Below are positions 21,990-33,137 of a stretch of DNA of 64,000 nucleotides, piece after piece (positions within the stretch are counted from its first letter, which is position 1; each line of letters begins with the position of its first letter). The notes under the pieces are model-generated. The model ran no database searches and had not been told where the DNA came from. It was given only the letters and a program-made list of their open reading frames with translations. This DNA comes from Iphione sp. A-MEVVRFRX5 (Eukaryota). The translations under genes were made by a program, and so were the position numbers. The stretch is from assembly GCA_976226885.1 (NCBI GenBank), contig OZ320316.1, positions 89,404,001 to 89,468,000 on the forward strand. The letters run 5' to 3'.

Positions 21990-24900
21990 ATGTCACAACA
22001 GGTTAAGTTTACAACCTTTAACGTACGTGGTCTAGGGAACAATGTAAAAAGGAAAGCAATTCTTACTAGGTTATTACAACAAAAGATAGATGTTATCTTT
22101 CTCCAAGACACACATACTTCCTATCAGTCATTCAAGTGTTGGGAGAAACAATGGCCAGGCAAATGGTTCCCTGCACATTTCTCTACTCAGGCAGGCGGGG
22201 TCAGCATACTCATACACCCCAATTTCAACTGCAAGGTATTAAGCTGCCATGCAGAACCGCTTGGCAAATATGTTCTTCTGAAAATCGAGGTACATAATGA
22301 AGTGTACAATTGTATGTCTGTATATGCTCCAACGACAAGGTTCCCTGAAAGCCAAATTGCCTTGTATGATCACATCTCACAGATTGTCAGTAATTCTCAG
22401 CAAGAACAGTGGATCATAGCAGGAGATCTTAATATGGTCCTTGATGAACTACTAGATAAGAGATCCACCCACTCCTCTCGTGTTAACAAAAAGGTACAAC
22501 AGGCTCTTCAGGATATGATATCTCGATGTGACTTAGTTGATATCTGGAGACAGATGCACAAAACAACCAAGAGGTATACGTGGCACAATAAGGTGGCAGC
22601 TTCTCGCATTGACTATTTGCTCGTAACAAGCCATTTATGTAATAGTGTTATGACATCATCTATTACCCCTGGTATTTGCTCTGATCACAGTTTTGTGAAT
22701 ATGTCACTAGCTATTCAGGGTCAGGCCAGAGGTCCAGGGCATTGGAAATTCAATAACACACTGCTACATAACTCCGAATATATCAGTGTAATTACAGAGT
22801 CTGTCCCTCAATGGGTTGAACAAAGTGACTCCTCCTCTGCATTAGCCACTTGGGAATATGTGAAATTTAAGATTCAGGAAACAACAATCTCATTTTCAAA
22901 AAATCTTAAAAAAGAACGAAATGCTGCTGAAAAGGTATTAATTTCCAAAATAGAACAATTACAAAAACTTTCAGATAGTCACTCGATCAGGGATCAAAAA
23001 AGGGAAGAAGAACTTGAAAACCTTCAGAAGCAATTTGATGACATTGCAACTACAAAAGCAACAGGGGCAATTTTTAGATCGAAATGTAAGTGGATGGCAT
23101 ACGGGGAGAAACCTACAAAATTTTTCCTGAATCTTGAGAAAAGCAGAAAAAAGGCAAACACTATTACCACTCTTGAAAGTGAGTCAGGAGAAATTTTATA
23201 TGACAACCATGCGATTCTACAACGTATTCACAACCATTACAGTAACCTATATCAGGGAGATGATTTTACACAAACTGATCCTTTTCGTGATGATGAATAT
23301 AATTTTACCCTACCCCAAGTACCTGATGCATTACATGATATCCTAGAAAACCCTTTCACAAGTACAGAACTAGATTCCGCTCTTTCACAGATGCACAACA
23401 ATAAAGCCCCAGGTTCAGACGGCCTTTCCACAGAGTTCTACAAACAATTTTGGCATGTACTTAGGCCAATTTTTTATAAAGCCTTCCTTAATTTTCATAC
23501 ATTTCAAGAGACCTCGCCTTCCTTCAACCAGGCTATTATATCCCTCCTCCCAAAACCAGGAAAGAACCCTCAAGATATAATCAATTGGAGACCGATTTCA
23601 CTACTCAATCTAGACTACAAAATAGTAGCAATGGCTATTGCAAACAGACTCAGACTCTGCATTAAAGATTTAATATCCCCACTACAGACAGGCTATATAA
23701 AAAATCGCTCCATTCAAGATAACCACAGGCTTATTTCTGACATTCAATAGCACCTTACTCAATCCAAAACTCCTGGGGCCATCATTGCCATAGACTTTCG
23801 CAAGGCATTTGACTCTGTAAGCTGGGATGCCCTTCTAGCCACACTACATAAATTTGGTTTCAAAAGGAATTTCTGTCACCTTATACATCTACTATATCAT
23901 GGAGCTGAATCCTGCATTTGTAATGCAGGCTTCACAACACCTTTCTTTAAGATGACCAAAGGGGTAAGACAAGGATGCCCACTTTCCCCCATGCTCTTCA
24001 TCCTAGTAACAGAGATATTGGGTAAAATGATTCATACACACCCACATTTCCAGGGAATTAATATACGGGACACTAAGTTCTGTTACTCTCAGTATGCGGA
24101 TGATATGACCATATTCGCAGCCTCCCCCAAGGATGTAAATATCATCTTTGACATTCTTTCAAAATTTAAACTAGTTTCAGGTATACAGGTTAATTATACA
24201 AAGACACAAGGTTTAACCTTTGGGGATTTTGATGTCTCAAAGGTACAGAAATCCATTAACTGGAAAGAGTCTATTAAAATTTTAGGCATATATTACTCCA
24301 ACAACCCAAGCCCAAATTTTGACTACTGGCACAATTTCAAGCCCAGGCTGAAACTCTGTCAAGGTATTGCCAATCCATGGAAAAACCAAAGTATTTCTTT
24401 AAAAGGGAAAATTGTTATACACAATACTTTAATACTCCCACTCCTTCAATTTGCATTATATAATTTACCACTACCACCTAAGATCATTCCAGAGTATCAT
24501 TCACTTGTTGTTGATTTCCTATGGAATGGTAAAAGAGCAAAGATTGCAAAAAATGTTCTTTACCTTCCTACAAGTAAAGGTGGTCTTAATTTGGCATCTA
24601 TCGTGCATCGATATTATGCCAACCGAATAAAGCTTGTAGGCCGAATGGCAGAGTACAGCAATGACATTGTATGGGGTGAACTTGCAAAAAAAGCACTAAA
24701 AACACAAAACCTCAATGCTTTTTTCAAAGGTAAATCTAGATGTACCCTTTCAAGAATAACTAACCCATTTTATAAAGAAATTTGTAAGATATGGATCAAG
24801 TATTATATGCAAATACCATCTACAAAGCTTGGCCTATATGCAGACCCATTATGGGTTAATGATTACCTAGACCAAGCATATCTAAGTAGACTTAGACAAA

Positions 24901-25772
24901 AACTATCTAAGGCAGGTTGTTTATATATTGGCCATCTTTTTAAAACAAATGGTGATATTGTATCCAGGAATGAACTCATTGACACTTTTCAAACTGAACT
25001 TACAGAAGCTGAATACAAGCTCCTCATTATAAGTGTTCCCAATTACTATAAGGTCAAATTTCAAGATCAATATATAAACAAGGATACACTATCATCCATT
25101 ATATTAGAAGATTCAGAAAAAGCTTACCCCCTCTCTGTTCTCTCGTCTAAACAGATATACATGCTTGTCTTAACACTAGAGGGGGAAGAAACACCATGTA
25201 AGCACAGATTAGAAAATCAAATGACTGGACTAATAACAGATGACTTCACGTGGCAAGGTATTTTTTGTAATGCGTTCAACTGTTGTATTTCAACCAAGTT
25301 TCAAAGTTTCATGTACAAAATTATTTACATGATAATACCATGTAATGTATACCTCAAAAGAATCAAAATAACAACGTCTAGTGAATGCAATTACTGTTCT
25401 GGAGTAGATGACATAATTCATTTCTTTTTTACTTGTCCTGGAACAGAACAATTTTGGTGTACTTTATTTCAATGGTGGGAAACTGTGTTTGATATCAGAA
25501 TACATCGTCTTGCAACAAAGGAACTTCTCCTCGGTACACAAAGTAAAATTCCCTACAAAGAATTCCTAAATTATGTGCTTATTGTAGCTAAATTCTTCAT
25601 CTATAAGAGAAAACTATTCCACGAAGGAAATCTTCAATTTAAAGTATTCCTCTCAGAACTTTTATATCTGATCGAATTGAGATGCCAAGCACACCTCTAT
25701 CTGGGTTCACACAAAAGGTATAAAAAATGGAGAGATATCTGTGAAATGTTACAATTGATACAAAACATCTGA
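21990..25772 (+). pseudogene. L1/Tx1 ORF2 (1260 codons, one in-frame TAG at 23748-23750): APE, RT and C-terminal CCHC zinc motif
   Basis: TFNVRGL, FLQDTH, GDLN, SRIDY, SDHS (APE); WRPISLL, IDFRKAFDSV, GVRQGCPLSP, QYADD, ILG (RT); CNYC...HFFFTC. The two ORF-track pieces (21954..23750 and 23952..25772) are in the same frame across the single stop. Confidence 0.93.
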
Positions 25773-26953
25773 ATCTGGTACATATCTGTTCTTGTTCGTT
25801 CTTTCTGTTATTGTTCTGTCTTCCATTATATTTCAAAACAAAAGCGTCGACAACTCAAACTGTATTTTCACTCAGAAATAAATGGTGAGACACCAATATT
25901 TAAAAAAAAAAAAATGTAGGTTCCTCATATAAAACCCATTATTTCAATCAAATGTATTACTTTCCATGTACAATAAGTAGCGATATACAAACTAATAAGT
26001 TGGAGAAAGGATCTGTGTCCTAAAAACATTGACATCAACAAAGCTGCCAGAACCCCGAAGTATACAACTTCCTTACTAGTAATACTACATCTAAACGTTA
26101 CGTTCCCGACCTATCCGAGGTGGAAATGCTTAGATTCATCCATCGTGTAAACTATACGATGCCGTAAAAGAAAACAAGGATTGCTTTAGTGTCTAATAAA
26201 ACAACATTTCAGAAAGATTTACCTTGTAATCTCTTTCATCAGATAGGTCTGACATGACGTACTACCGATCATTCGCTCCAAAGTGGTTGCAATATCGCAC
26301 CCTGCCCTCTAGCGTTATCTCCTCCACTAGAGATGTGAATGTGCGCCGTGGCGCCATCTGTATTCTCGGAGTGATTCAAGCCTAGCCCCATCTAGAGCCC
26401 TCGATGTTTGATAATAATGACCAAACACGAAAGCATGAGAGGGTCTATCAGTCGCGTACTGGGCTCTTAGGCTCTGGGGGTATACATGTATTATGAAATT
26501 CAAATTCAGAAATTTTACACGACCATATTCTAAACAAATAATAGTTCAACTCAGAAGTTATGGACATATATCTGAATACCGGTACCGTGTAACTAGATAA
26601 AGACCCAGATCCAGGTATTAGAGACAACTTGAGTTGTCATTCCCAGGGTAGGACGGATAATGCCTTAAGGCATCCCCACAAGGCATTATCTAAAATATCA
26701 TGTTAACCATCATTCTCACCAGAAAAGGGTATGATATTTTGTATTGCATTCCAAGCATATTGTGTAGAAACATAGAGCGGAATATGTTTCTGTCCTGCAA
26801 AACTGATAAAAATTAGATTAATAATAATAGTCATATTTTGACAGATCCACTCCGCCTTCTGTGAATATTCTTCTGTTATAATAGCTCTGCCTTCAGAAGA
26901 AATCAACCTGCCGATCTTATAGGTTTAAGACAGATAGACACACCCAGGGAGCC

Positions 26954-29050
26954 ATGTTGCATGCCAGGCTAAGGTGGGCAAGATGGGGCGAGAAGCCTTC
27001 ATCGTATTTTTGTAGAATGGAAAAAGTTCAAGCAATGTCTAGAACATGTCCCTGTCTCCAAAAACGTCTCGGATGTATTTCGCTCATAAATGTTGGAACG
27101 AAGATATTTTCTATTATTTGGTATCTCAAATCAAAAAATATTTTCGAGTTATTTTAGCCATCGACTTTCAAAAGGCATTCGACTCAGTTAATTGGCACTT
27201 TTTACTATTTACCTTACATAAATTCGACTTCTCTATTTCTCCGCGTTAGGTAAATTACTGTATATACTAATTCCACAGCCTGTATTCCCAAAAATGGCTA
27301 CCGTACACTTGTAAATATTTCAATGTTACTAATTGAGTATGTCACTGATGCCCCTTATCGCCATTATTATATGTTAGGGCTACTGAAATACTCAGCTGTT
27401 GGATAAGGGTTTATGCAACTATGAAAGGTATTAATGTGCTTGACAAGACATTCAAGCTATCATAATATGGTGCTGACTTAACTCTTTTCGCTGCTGATTC
27501 AACCGACTTCCAAGCATATTTCAACCTGCCTTACTTAGTTTAGTAAAATATCTGGGGTTAGACCAATTCCCTCTAAATTCAATGGCCTCTTTTGGGGTAA
27601 TTTTGACAACAATAACTGTCCTACTGAGTTCAATTGATAAACCAGCATTAATGTCTTATGTATCTAATATGACGCAACATTACAAAGCAATAATTATGAG
27701 CTCAATGTACAACCAAGTTTGGACAAATATAAGATTGTATATGTGAAATGGAGCAGGCGTAGCCTCTCCGTTAAAGACAAAGTGGTTGTCCTGAATACAA
27801 TGGTGGCCCCAATTATGCTCTGTGTTTGTAATAATACTTCCATAAATATTTCACGAATTTGACAAGCTCATTGGAACATTTCTGGGGCCAGGACGTCCTG
27901 CACTCTCTTGAACTATGAGGACTGAAACTGGTTTCACTGCTACATCGATATCATTGTATTAAAACTACATGCATTAGCTAACGACAAGGATATTTATTAG
28001 CTTCCATTAGCACAGGTTGCACTTTATATACCACTGATATTCAAGCAAAATGTAAATCACAATTAACCTGGCCTCGTGCCCCATACTATGATAATATGTG
28101 TGATATCTGGAATACATATTATGTACATCCCCCCTCCAAACTTCAAACTGTATGTTCAGATCCCTTATGGAAAAATGATTATATCCATGCACCTTATCTA
28201 GATGTACTAGAGTCTACCTGGAAACCACGGGGCATATTTTATGTTGGCCAAGTTGTGGACAACAGAGGTATGGAAAGCTTCAGCTTTTGAAAAACTACAT
28301 GGTTTTGATTTTGACAAATGTTTTACAACCTTGGTACTCTAATACTTATGACTTGGCAGAGTTACCCTTAAATTACGATCACATTGTGATGGAAGGCCTG
28401 GATGATGTAATTGATATTGATATAACTACATGTTCAGCCAATACAATATGTTAGAGTATCCTCAACAGCGCTCCAACTTTTAAATACAAATGAATCTTCC
28501 AAATTTCATTGATGATATTGTAGGCAGAGGGCGAAATTGCAGAGGAGAGTGTAGCCGAGGGAGGAGGATACGTGCAATACTGCAGAGGGCAGGGTTAGAT
28601 AGTGGAGGGCCAGTCATTTCCTATTTAAGTGCACCTGTTTTATGATTTTGTGTCAGTTGTGTTCGAGCCATTTAGCAATATACAACCTCTTCCCAGATAC
28701 ATGTCATCTTTATCATGGTGGAAGCCAACAATATCTTTACGTGGCAATTTATATATATTATGGCCTTTCAATGTACACCCTGTACAAAATTACAAAGCTT
28801 CCAAATCATCAATCGTGTTATATCCTGCAACAAGCACTTGGCACCCTGCCATATATTAAGTCAGGATACATGTTCTTGGTGTTCACAAGAGGACAGTCTA
28901 CCCCACTACTTTTTCACGTGTAATATCACTGTACGCCCATTCTCAGTTAAGTGTGGCAAATGGTGTCTTCACGATTCAAATGATAGTGACTTTATGTGTG
29001 GTAGCTGAATACATGAAATAAAGCCTCTGGTGGATTGTGGAGATGTTTTG
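26954..29050 (+). pseudogene. Heavily decayed, 5'-truncated L1/Tx1-type ORF2
   Basis: Fragments RWARWGEKPSSYFCRMEK, AIDFQKAFDSVNWHFLL, DPLWKND and KLQSFQ...CSWCSQEDSLPHYFFTC appear in the same order as in the intact copy at 21990-25772, with many stops and frameshifts. Confidence 0.8.
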
Positions 29051-29755
29051 CATTATTTTGGTATATAATTTTATATGTCGGAAATCTACTTGCATACTCC
29101 AAATTGAGCATCAAATATGTGATATACCCATAAGTACCCCTGTCCACAGTTGATCTATTAAATGTAATAATGGCTGCTTAACCCTTTAATTTTTCGTTTT
29201 GGTATTTGTTTTGATGCTGTGGTAATCATTGCAACTTGCAATTTGTGTAGCAAGACTGAACTGATCTGAAGATAGAGGGGTTTTGGCAATATAAGCAAAA
29301 TTCAAAGTTCCACAGATTTTGTGTCATTTACGTCATTTGCACCATTTTGTCAGAAAGAAGATTATATTATACATGTGAGTGATGGAAAAAATACAGCATG
29401 AAGCAGTTAACTATGAAATATGTACATGGCAATGTTTATCTGGTCTGTATAGAATGTGGATGAAGGAATTTATTTGATGAGAATGAACCTTTTTTTTGCG
29501 ATTTTTTAAGGGTGTCATTTACGTCATGTGCTTTACATAGAGATATATAGAGATATTTGTATGGAGGTACGATCACTGGTTTATGGCTTATGTACACATA
29601 AGAAAATGTCATATATCTGTCTCTGTGTGTATTTCTGATTGGAAATAAAGAATAATTTGGCCTATGGCGTCATTTACGTCATGTGTCATTTACGTCATGT
29701 GATACCTATGTTTGTACATAAATACATGAATTTCGAGTGGGAATGGTTCAGTTGA

Positions 29756-29880
29756 TATATAAAACACTAGATGGCGCTAGTACTGTACCCCAGCGGTAGA
29801 AATCAGTACTAAAGCGTCTCCAACGCTCCAAGTGGATGCTGGCGACCTCAAATTATCCCGCTCTGAGAGATATTGTAAGT
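29756..29880 (+). promoter_or_regulatory. Putative transposase promoter and non-coding first exon (TATA box, CTCF-like motif, donor GTAAGT)
   Basis: TATATAAAA 29756-29764, CACTAGATGGCGCT 29765-29778 and donor GTAAGT 29875-29880, which can pair with acceptor ttgtttgtttag|G at 30082. Confidence 0.55.
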
Positions 29881-30086
29881 ATTACCATTTTTAATGGATG
29901 ATATTTTATAATATCCTGTAAAAAAGTAAATAAAGTAGTATGGATCTTTGTAGTATATATGTAAAATGAATTATATCACTATTTAAAAACTATGGGCATA
30001 CATTGTCATACGTGTCTTTAAAGGTCATATAGATGACGTAAATGACTAAGAAATGATGTAAATGACAGATTTGTTTGTTTAGGAGA

Positions 30087-30193
30087 ATGTCCAAAAAAAG
30101 TGGTGCTCAAGTTGCCCATGACTACCGGGAACGGAAGAAAAGCAGCGAAAATGGTACCTTGTGGAAGGAGGAGCAGTCTGCTCGAGTGATGAA
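30087..30193 (+). CDS. Predicted first coding exon of the transposase (MSKKSGAQVAHDYRERKKSSENGTLWKEEQSARVMK)
   Basis: ATG lies 4 nt after the acceptor at 30082. The peptide is basic, and the phase-2 donor AA|GTGTGT at 30194 matches the phase-2 acceptor at 33468, giving ...ARVMK-YYVPASK... Confidence 0.65.
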
Positions 30194-30674
30194 GTGTGTA
30201 TATTAAATTTATAGATTGTCTCCATCAAGTCGAAATTAATACCTCTTTTACTCTTGAAATCTGTAGTTCTAATTTAGAATTACATCCTAACAAATATCTA
30301 TGAAATTCCATCAATTCTCAATGCATGCAAATAACTGTATTTAAATTCTCGAACAAATCTCTAACAAACCAATTCTGTATGAAATGTTTATTATATTTAA
30401 GCTGAAATTGGTCTGAGACCTGTCTCTAACTAATTCTTGCATACCAGTAACCTATGTCTAACAGAATTTGCAAGGCAATTTTGTTAGAGATATAATGATA
30501 AGTGTATATCTCTAACGGAAAAAAATGGAGGTGTTCATCAGAATTGCACCTCTCCAAGAGGATGAACTGCAAAAAAATTAGTTCACTGTACACATGTTTG
30601 CAAAAACTAATAAAAACTGAAGTACAGTGAAATGCAAAATGAAATTATAAGAGATACACGTGAAGGAAGTTAAA

Positions 30675-31585
30675 CTAGTCCAAATTGAGTCCCTCACGTC
30701 CCTGAACACAGGCCACCCTGAGCAATCCCAACAGGTACTGCTCCTTAGACTTGACACCTGCCACTTTGGGGTATCTGTCCTGCAGTACCTGGATGTCTTC
30801 TGCACTTAGTGGGTGTCTTGCTGAGGGCTCTACAGGCTGGAAGACATAAGTAGTGGCTATCGCGGGGGCTGAGGCTGTATCTGGGTCTGATGCTGGTACA
30901 GTCTCACCCTGCACCTGTGCCTGTCCAAACTGTCTCTGTGGCGCGATTATCATTTGCTGCATCTGCAGTTCCAACTCTTGAACTTTTGCAGCTAACTCTG
31001 ACCGACTCAGTTCCTTTAAAGCACTGTACTGCTGCTCCCGTGCCTTCTGTTCCTGCATCACTGCATCTCGCCTGTCTTGTACTTCTTTAGTAACAGCAGT
31101 AGGCAAGGCTTGTAACTCGCCCACCCTGGAGTGCAATTTCCTGATCTCCCCCTGAAGGTCTTTAATTGCTGCCTCCTGTCTCTTTGCTTCTTCCGTGCGC
31201 ACACGCACCTCTGCCTTGAGCAGATCACGTACACCCTTCACATCGTCGAGGGTTGAGCGGATGCGCCTCATTTCATGCTGCATGTGGTACAGCGCCCGCT
31301 CCTTGTGATCGAGTGATTCCTGCTGTTCAGTGACTTGCCGCTCAAGCCGGTGAATTGTATCCTCTTTCTCGGTGACTTGGGGCTTTGCCTTTGAGGTGGA
31401 TGGCTTGGATGTATCTGCCGGTGTGGATGGTTTGGTTGCAGAACCTGGGTGTGAAGTGGACGGCTTGGTTGGCTTTGGGATTTTACTCCCCTTTCCCTTT
31501 CCCTTGCCTTTGCCTTTGCCTTTGCCTTTGCCTTTCCCTGAGGTGGAGGTGCTCTCTGTGGCATCAGTGTCAGATTTGTCAGAGT
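30675..31585 (-). CDS. Exon 3 of the nested antisense accessory gene (408 aa in total; join complement 32474..32279, 31886..31767, 31585..30675): (GK)n tract, Ser/Thr/Pro linker, long coiled coil
   Basis: Acceptor tttttttttcattctcag|AC (phase 1). The frame is open for 911 nt to the TAG and includes the ORF-track 30675..31283 protein. An alternative terminal splice to an acceptor near 30558 is possible. Confidence 0.8.
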
Positions 31586-31766
31586 CTGAGAATGAAAAAA
31601 AAACAGGTATCCAGTTAATTTAACATTATGAAAGTATTTTGTTGAAATATTCTTGAAATTACTCAAGTAGAATCTCTAACATCTCTATAAAGCATCCTTA
31701 ACATCTTTAACATCTCGAACATCTCTAATAATTCATATTGCATTGTACATTAATTTGTTGACCAAC

Positions 31767-31886
31767 CTGCATGCTCTAACATCTCAAATCTGGACAACTC
31801 ATCCCGATAGCGCTGCATCTTTGCTGCATACACCTCCTCTGTATCTCTCTCCAGACGGTAGGGGAGCTTGGGGCGTACACCTGCTT
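31767..31886 (-). CDS. Exon 2 of the accessory gene (120 nt, phase 1-1)
   Basis: Acceptor cattacag|AAGCAG and donor GCAG|GTTGGT. Reads (E)AGVRPKLPYRLERDTEEVYAAKMQRYRDELSRFEMLEHA without stops. Confidence 0.75.
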
Positions 31887-31922
31887 CTGTAATGTTTGAA
31901 GATGCACGATGCATTGCAAACG

Positions 31923-32235
31923 TTTCTCTAACAAAATAATTCGTCTGAGATACTAACAGAGTTCAAGCCGTCGCTAACATTTCTCTAACAAAATAATTTG
32001 TCTGAGATACATGGCACTAACAGAGTTCAAGCCGTCGCTAACATTTCTCTAACAAAATAATTCGTCTGAGATACTAACAGAGTTCAAGCCGTCGCTAACA
32101 TTTCTCTAACAAAATAATTCGTCTGAGTTACATGGCACTAACAGAGTTCAAGCCGTCGCTAACATTTCTCTAACAAAATAATTCGTCTGAGTTACATGGC
32201 ACTAACAGAGTTCAAGCCGTCGCTAACATTTCTCT
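31923..32235. repeat. Tandem array of five 57/64-bp units in accessory-gene intron 1
   Basis: tttctctaac recurs at 31923, 31980, 32044, 32101, 32165 and partially at 32229. Units differ by a 7-bp indel (catggca). Confidence 0.95.
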
Positions 32236-32278
32236 TACTGAAATATGTGTGCACATGTATGAAATAAATGGTACTAAC

Positions 32279-32474
32279 CCCTTTGTTTCCTCCTCCGGCT
32301 TTCTTGCATTTGCACTCTCGCTCTTTTTCTGTATGCCTCTTCATCCTCTTCTGTCTGTTTCTCACGCCACTTGCGGCATGATTCTCGGTGGGCTATCCTT
32401 TCTTCCTCTTCGTGCAAAGCCTGAGATAACTCTGAGTCGATGCTCATCGGACTTGCTTCTCTTCCTTCTGCCAT
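32279..32474 (-). CDS. Exon 1 of the accessory gene (basic, bZIP-basic-region-like N-terminus)
   Basis: ATG at 32474. Reads MAEGREASPMSIDSELSQALHEEEERIAHRESCRKWREKQTEEDEEAYRKRARVQMQESRRRKQR, then a phase-1 donor G|GTTAGT at 32278. Confidence 0.78.
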
Positions 32475-32581
32475 ACTGAGTCGGTCTGTTCACCTTGATG
32501 TCTGAACGCAGAGTGTGTGATGCCTAGGGGATGCACCATGGGCCCCTCTGGAAGCGCGACAACCTGCGCGTCGGTTAAGGG

Positions 32582-32614
32582 CCAATCAAGCGTTGCTATG
32601 CAACGCTTGATTGG
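32582..32614. promoter_or_regulatory. Perfect 15-bp-arm inverted repeat carrying two CCAAT boxes, upstream of the accessory gene
   Basis: CCAATCAAGCGTTGC-TAT-GCAACGCTTGATTGG, about 110-140 bp upstream of the minus-strand ATG. Confidence 0.6.
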
Positions 32615-32720
32615 GTGCGCGCCCGTGGTTTTGACTAATACCACATCAGACGGGTAATTCCCCGCTGTCTGGCAGTGCCCCTCTCCCACATTCCTCGCAT
32701 ATTTCATCAGCACTTGATAT

Positions 32721-33137
32721 ATCTAAAGGTTTGATCATCGCTAACATTTCTCTAACGGAAAATTCTGTTAGAGAACCGTTAGCGATGATCAAACCTTTAG
32801 ATCGCTAACATTTCTCTAACAGAATTTTCTGTTAGAGAACCGTTAGCGATGATTGAAACTTTACATCGCTAACAATTCTCTAACAGAATTTTCCGTTAGA
32901 GTAATGTTAGTGATGATCAAACCTTTAGATCGCTAACATTTCTCTAACAGAATTTTCTGTTAGAGAACCGTTAGCGATGATTGAAACTTTAGATCGCTAA
33001 CATCTCTCTAACAGAATAATTCTGTTAGAGAGATGTTAGCGATCTAAAGGTTTGATCTGTAACAGAATAATTCTGTTAGAGAAATGTTAGCGATCTAAAG
33101 TTTCAATCATCGCTAACGGTTCTCTAACAGAAAATTC
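32721..33137. repeat. Array of palindromic 64-bp units (hairpin/cruciform array) that inverts polarity at its right end
   Basis: ATCGCTAAC unit starts at 32737, 32801, 32865, 32929 and 32993. Each unit is an imperfect palindrome. The first has perfect 25-bp arms (32721-32745 and 32778-32802). Confidence 0.95.

Larger units (their letters stand above)
20217..25913 (+). mobile_element. Full-length L1/Tx1-clade LINE (about 5.7 kb) with a 13-bp target-site duplication
   Basis: TSD ATGTAGGTTCCTC at 20204-20216 and 25914-25926. The element starts GGAGGGCG and has a 307-bp 5' UTR, ORF1, a 107-bp spacer, ORF2, AATAAA near 25877 and a poly(A) tail. Confidence 0.95.

Noticed and set aside
21679-23750. 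Programmed readthrough of the two in-frame TAG codons in the L1/Tx1 ORFs
   Set aside because: The contexts (TAG-ATC, TAG-CAC) are not the classic leaky CARYYA context and no downstream structure was noticed. Both stops fall inside conserved domains, so nonsense mutation is simpler. Family alignment would settle it.
29178-29189. TTAACCCTTTAA as the left terminus of the large DNA transposon or of a piggyBac
   Set aside because: No matching TTAAAGGGTTAA was found on the right. Flanks of the outermost inverted 14-bp motifs (29323 and 36993) do not extend into a TIR.
31923-33137. The 57/64-bp and 64-bp arrays as CRISPR arrays
   Set aside because: The spacers are repeated rather than unique, there are no cas-like ORFs, and the context is a spliced eukaryotic transposon.
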